Assembly: GCF_009914755.1 (NCBI RefSeq)
Contig: NC_060947.1
Source of the DNA: the human T2T-CHM13v2.0 reference genome, Homo sapiens
Length of the DNA stretch: 64,000 nucleotides
Reading direction: 5' to 3' (one strand)
The notes under the pieces were generated by a model. It saw only the letters and a program-made list of their open reading frames with translations. It did no database searches and was not told the origin of the DNA. A program made the position numbers and the translations under genes. This document shows, in pieces, positions 58,980 through 64,000 of the stretch (position 1 is the first letter of the stretch; each line of letters begins with the position of its first letter).

Positions 58980-60295
58980 GAGGGGTAGACTATATGGTTT
59001 CTAAATAAATTTTGTTTATTGATCTACATATACTGTAAAGGAAAAGTTATAAGGTGAGGAAAAGCAAAAAGGTTCATAAAATCAAGTTTTTTCCATAACA
59101 GCTCTCCATTTTTAACATTCCAGATCCTGCCTTTAAGTATCTAGAGGCAAAGGTGCTGTAAAAGGAAATGAGGAAAATAAACAGAGTGGCTGTTGAGGGC
59201 CAAACTGTGATACAGTCAGTCAGAAGACAAGGGGAACATGAGGACAAGAAGGCACATGTTTCTTGGAAAAGACTGATATTTTCCTAGAAATATAGATTTA
59301 TGTCCTTCATAATTAATGGTAACAAACAGTGTTATCTGTAAATCAGTTTACAGCAAAAGGAAAGTCAGATTGCCTTGCGCCTTGCAAGAAATGGTAAAAG
59401 TCACCATTAAAAAACTACTTACTCTTATTTTAGCCAAGATCTAATATGAAAAACGTGTGGCCAATGTGAAAGGAATCTGGTACTGTCAGAAACTCGACAA
59501 ATTAGATTCTTTGTAAGTGATGCACCGTCCAGCTCAATTCCTGATATCAACTGCCTTCCAAATCATCACTGCATGAAACATCTGCTTTCTGCAAGATTAG
59601 CACAACCCAAGAGAAACGTGCCTAGCCTGAAGGAAATAAAGAGATGGTAAAAATCGATTCAAATAGTATTCATGGGAAGGAACTCAGATAAAACCTAGTC
59701 TGATTCATGAGAAACGTTTTCAGTCTCCCTTAACTGGATTTCCCTTGGAATATATGCATTTTCCCAGTATCAGGGGGAGGATGGTAGCAGTGTATGCTTC
59801 TATTGCTATCCAATTAGTCTGTTAATGATAAAACCAAGTCAACATTAAATTAGTTAGACTGCAAAGCTTATGCCAAAAGCCAAACATAATCCAGACATCC
59901 ATGTCAAATCCCTTTACCATGAGTAACAAAACAATCAAAACATTATAAACGAAACATGTCCAGGACCCAGCCAATGGCCTACACATTTCACGAAATATTT
60001 GATACAACAAAGCACCCAAATAAAAAGAATCTAGACAGTCCTTGGAGTTTATGATGGAATTTGACCTGGAAAGGTGGAAAAAAAAAAAAGACAAATGGTG
60101 ACCTTGATTTGAATTACTTCATAATAAACTTTATACAGCATAATTTTACCATCCAGTATGTCTGATGACAGGCAGCCAGGACTATCAAAGCTGCAAATAA
60201 TGAGTGCTTTATAATACTTGAATTAATTGTTAGGCACTAAACAGAGAAGCCTCAAACTTTGTATTTGTCACCTAATGCAGTGGAAGCATGGATAA

Positions 60296-60298
<3 letters not shown>

Positions 60299-60349
<51 letters not shown>

Positions 60350-60410
60350 CAGAGAGAGAGATAGGGGAGGGAGAGAGAGAGAGAGATACAGACAGACAGA
60401 CTGAGAAAGA
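60299..60410. repeat. (TG)n microsatellite (~23 units) followed by a GA-rich tract
   Basis: Read directly from the sequence. Confidence 0.95.
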
Positions 60411-60570
60411 GAGAACACTATAACTAAAAGTGATGTATTGGAAAAGAAAGGATCTTTTGCTTCATAGCTGGGTTCATAACGCACTTGTTTAAAGTGGGTT
60501 TACAGACGCTCAATGCTAAATGTGCAATTCTAAGCTATTTCCTGTTGTATCCCTATAAAAATGTTTTTGA

Positions 60571-61190
<620 letters not shown>

Positions 61191-61659
61191 ATGATTGAAA
61201 ACAAATCTCAGGTTTAAAATTCATGATGACAAAATAAAATGCAAATACAGCTTTGGAAACTGACAGATATACGTTCTCTCAGGAGGCAATATAAGGTGAT
61301 GTCTGAGAGCAGAGCAAAAATGAACATGAACCATACACTTCCTGCTAGTGGGATTGTGGAGAAACTGGTATTCTATATGCTGCTAATAGAAAGTGTGACT
61401 GCCTCTTTGGATTGCAACCTGACAATGTCTTTTAAAACTAAGCATGCATAGATCTGGTGACCATCCCTGGAAACCTGTCTCATCAAAATAAATTTCCACA
61501 TGGGAAGGCAGATACACAAGGTATTCATTGCAGACCAGTTTGCTGTAGCCAAGCACTAGGAACAAAGTGAATTCCCATTGATAGAAAATAGCTAAATACA
61601 TCATAGTATGTATTTAGATGATGTAGAATATCACTGTTAAAAGGAGCCACCATTAATGA

Positions 61660-61811
61660 TGAGTGCCTGTAGTCCTAGCTACTTGGGAGGCTGGGGTGGG
61701 AAGATCTCTTGGGCACAGGAGTTCGAGGTTGCAGTGAGCTATAATTGTGCCACTTTACTCCAGCCTGGGTGACACAGAGAAACCCTGTCTCTTAAACAAA
61801 ACAAAACAAAA
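61660..61811 (+). mobile_element. Alu right-arm monomer (FRAM/AluJ fragment)
   Basis: gtgcctgtagtcctagctacttgggaggctgg...ccagcctgggtgacacagagaaaccctgtctc. Confidence 0.85.
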
Positions 61812-62204
61812 GGAGCTATATAAGTAAACTGGGAAGGATTTCCATGAGTATTTTTCAGTCAAATAAATAGGACGTAAAAGAGTAGTTATGATTCCATTTT
61901 ATTAAAATGACAAAATAACCTGATATTTGCATATATGTGAATGCACATATATGTCAGTGTATAAAAATAAGTGTGGAGAAAAATACAGCAAGATATAATT
62001 CAAGGATATATCTGTGATCTATATAGTGAGGGTACTGGACATAGATAAGGGAGGACAAGGGATTGGAGGAAAGCAACTCAAAAGTTTAAAGATAAAAGCA
62101 CTGCACTAAAAGGTTAAAGCACACATACACTTAATGTTATAAAAATCACGGATAGTGAAGGCTTATGTTTAAGCAAATTAATCTAAAATTTTTCTGTACT
62201 TAAA

Positions 62205-64000
62205 TAGCCAGAATGGAATCCAAAATTAGTAGAAGGAAAGAAATAATCAAGATCAGAGTAGAAGTAAATGAAATTGAGACAAAAAAATACAGAAGATCAA
62301 TGAAGTGACAAGTTGGTTTTTTGAAAAGATAAATAAAATTGACAAACCTTTAGCTGGACTAAGAATAAATGAGAGAAGACCCAAATAAATAAAATCAGAA
62401 ATGAAAAAGAAGACACAATAACTGAGACCATAGAAATACAAAGAATCATTAGAGACTATTATGAACAACTATATGCCAAGAAATTGGAAAACCCAGAAAA
62501 AATTGATAAATTCCTGGATACATACAACCTACCAAGATTGAACCATGAAGAAATAGAAAACTTCAACAAAGCAATAACTAGTAATGAGATAGAAGCCATA
62601 ATAAGTCTCCCATAAAAAAAAAAAAAGCCCAAGATCTGATGGCCTCACTGCTGAATTCTACCAAACATTTAAAGACAAATTAATACCAATCCTACTGAAA
62701 CTCTTCAAAGAGACTGAAGAGGAGGGAGTACTTCCAAATTTATCCTATGAGGCCAGCATTACCCTGATACCAAAACCAGACAAGAACGCAACAAAAAAAG
62801 AAAACCACAAGTCAATATTGCTGATGAACATAGATGCAAAAACTCTCAACAAAATACTAGCAAACTGAATTCAACAGCACCTTAAAATGATTGTTCACCA
62901 TGATCAAGTGTGATTCATCCCAAGGATGCAAAGATGTTTCAACATTCAACATACACAAATCAATAAATGTGACACATCACATTAACAGAATCAAGAAGAA
63001 AAAACATCATTATTTCAATAGATGCTGAAAAAGCATTCAATAAAATTCAACATCTCTTTATGACAAAAACCTTTAACAAACTGGGTATAGAATGAACGTA
63101 CCTCAAAATAATAAAGGCCTTATTATGACAAACCCACAGCTATCACCATATTGAATGGGAAAAAATTGAAAGAATTCAGTTGAAAAACTGAATTCTTCTG
63201 AGATCTGGAACAAGAAAAAGATGCCCATTTTAACCACTTTTATTCAACATAATACTGGAAGTCTTGGCCAGAGCAACTAGGCAAGAGAAAAAAAAAAAAC
63301 AAAGGGCATTCAAATAAGAAAGGAAGAAGTCAAACTAGTCTTGTTCACAGATTACATCATCTTACACTAAGAAAAACTTAAAGACTCCACCAAAAAAAAC
63401 CTATTAAGACTAATAAACAAATTTGGTAAAGTTGCAGGATACAAAATCAACATACAAAAATTAGTAGCATTTATATACACCAAGAGTGAACAATCTGAAA
63501 AAAATATCAAGAAAGCAATCCTATTTACAATGGTTACAAAAAAAGATTATAAAATACCTGGGAATCAACTTAACCAAAGAATTGAAAAATCTATACAAGG
63601 AAAACTATAAAACACTGATGATAGAAATTGAAAAGGACACAAAAAAAATTGAAAGCTATTCTGTGCTCATGGATTGGAAGAATTAATATCATTAAAATGA
63701 CAATACTACCCAAAGCAATGTACAGATTCAATGCAATCCCTACCAAAATGCCAATCTCATTCACAGAAATGAATCCTAAAACTTATATGGAACCATGAAA
63801 GACCCCAAATAGCCAAAGCAATCCTGAGCAAAATGAACAAAGCTGGAGGCATCACACTGCCTGACTTCAAATTATACTACAGAGCTATAGTAATCAAATC
63901 AGCATGGTATTGGCATAAAAACAGACACATGGATCAATGGAACTCATTTTTGACAAAGGTGCTAAGAACATACACTGAGGAATAGACAGTCTTTTCAATA
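62205..64000 (+). mobile_element. Degenerate L1 ORF2 segment (reverse transcriptase region), antisense to PIR, continuing past the window end
   Basis: Recognisable ORF2 motifs such as [26 protein letters not shown] and IKYLGINLTK. The catalytic FADD is mutated to FTDY (63344-63355), and there are many stops and frameshifts. Confidence 0.95.

Noticed and set aside
62205-64000. Active reverse transcriptase or novel retro-element
   Set aside because: An ordinary old L1 ORF2 with frameshifts, stops and a destroyed catalytic motif (FADD to FTDY).

Overview
Human (primate) genomic DNA, recognisable from translated exons as the Xp22.2 PIR-VEGFD (FIGF) locus, with both genes on the minus strand. The window holds PIR (pirin) exons 7-10 with the 3' UTR and poly(A) signals, a very short (~350 bp) intergenic gap that is also the VEGFD promoter (AP-1, CCAAT and DR1-like sites), VEGFD exon 1 (long uORF-rich 5' UTR plus the signal peptide), the 20.6-kb intron 1 and exon 2. 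All six coding exons have canonical AG/GT boundaries and their phases join into the known proteins. The rest is intron filled with Alu, L1, L2, MIR, MLT1 and hAT/MER elements and microsatellites. Repeat subfamily names and boundaries are by-eye estimates. Almost all entries in the ORF track are repeat-derived noise. I see no evidence of a new multi-gene system. The most interesting points are: (1) PIR-to-VEGFD read-through geometry, including a predicted in-frame PIR exon 8 to VEGFD exon 2 fusion; (2) two independent processed-mRNA retrocopies ~70 bp apart in VEGFD intron 1 (a GAPDH 3' fragment and a 1.3-kb 3'-UTR-like retrocopy of an unidentified gene); (3) a perfect 103-bp tandem duplication inside a MER1A; (4) four uORFs in the VEGFD leader; (5) a candidate Alu poison exon behind a ~240-nt pyrimidine tract.
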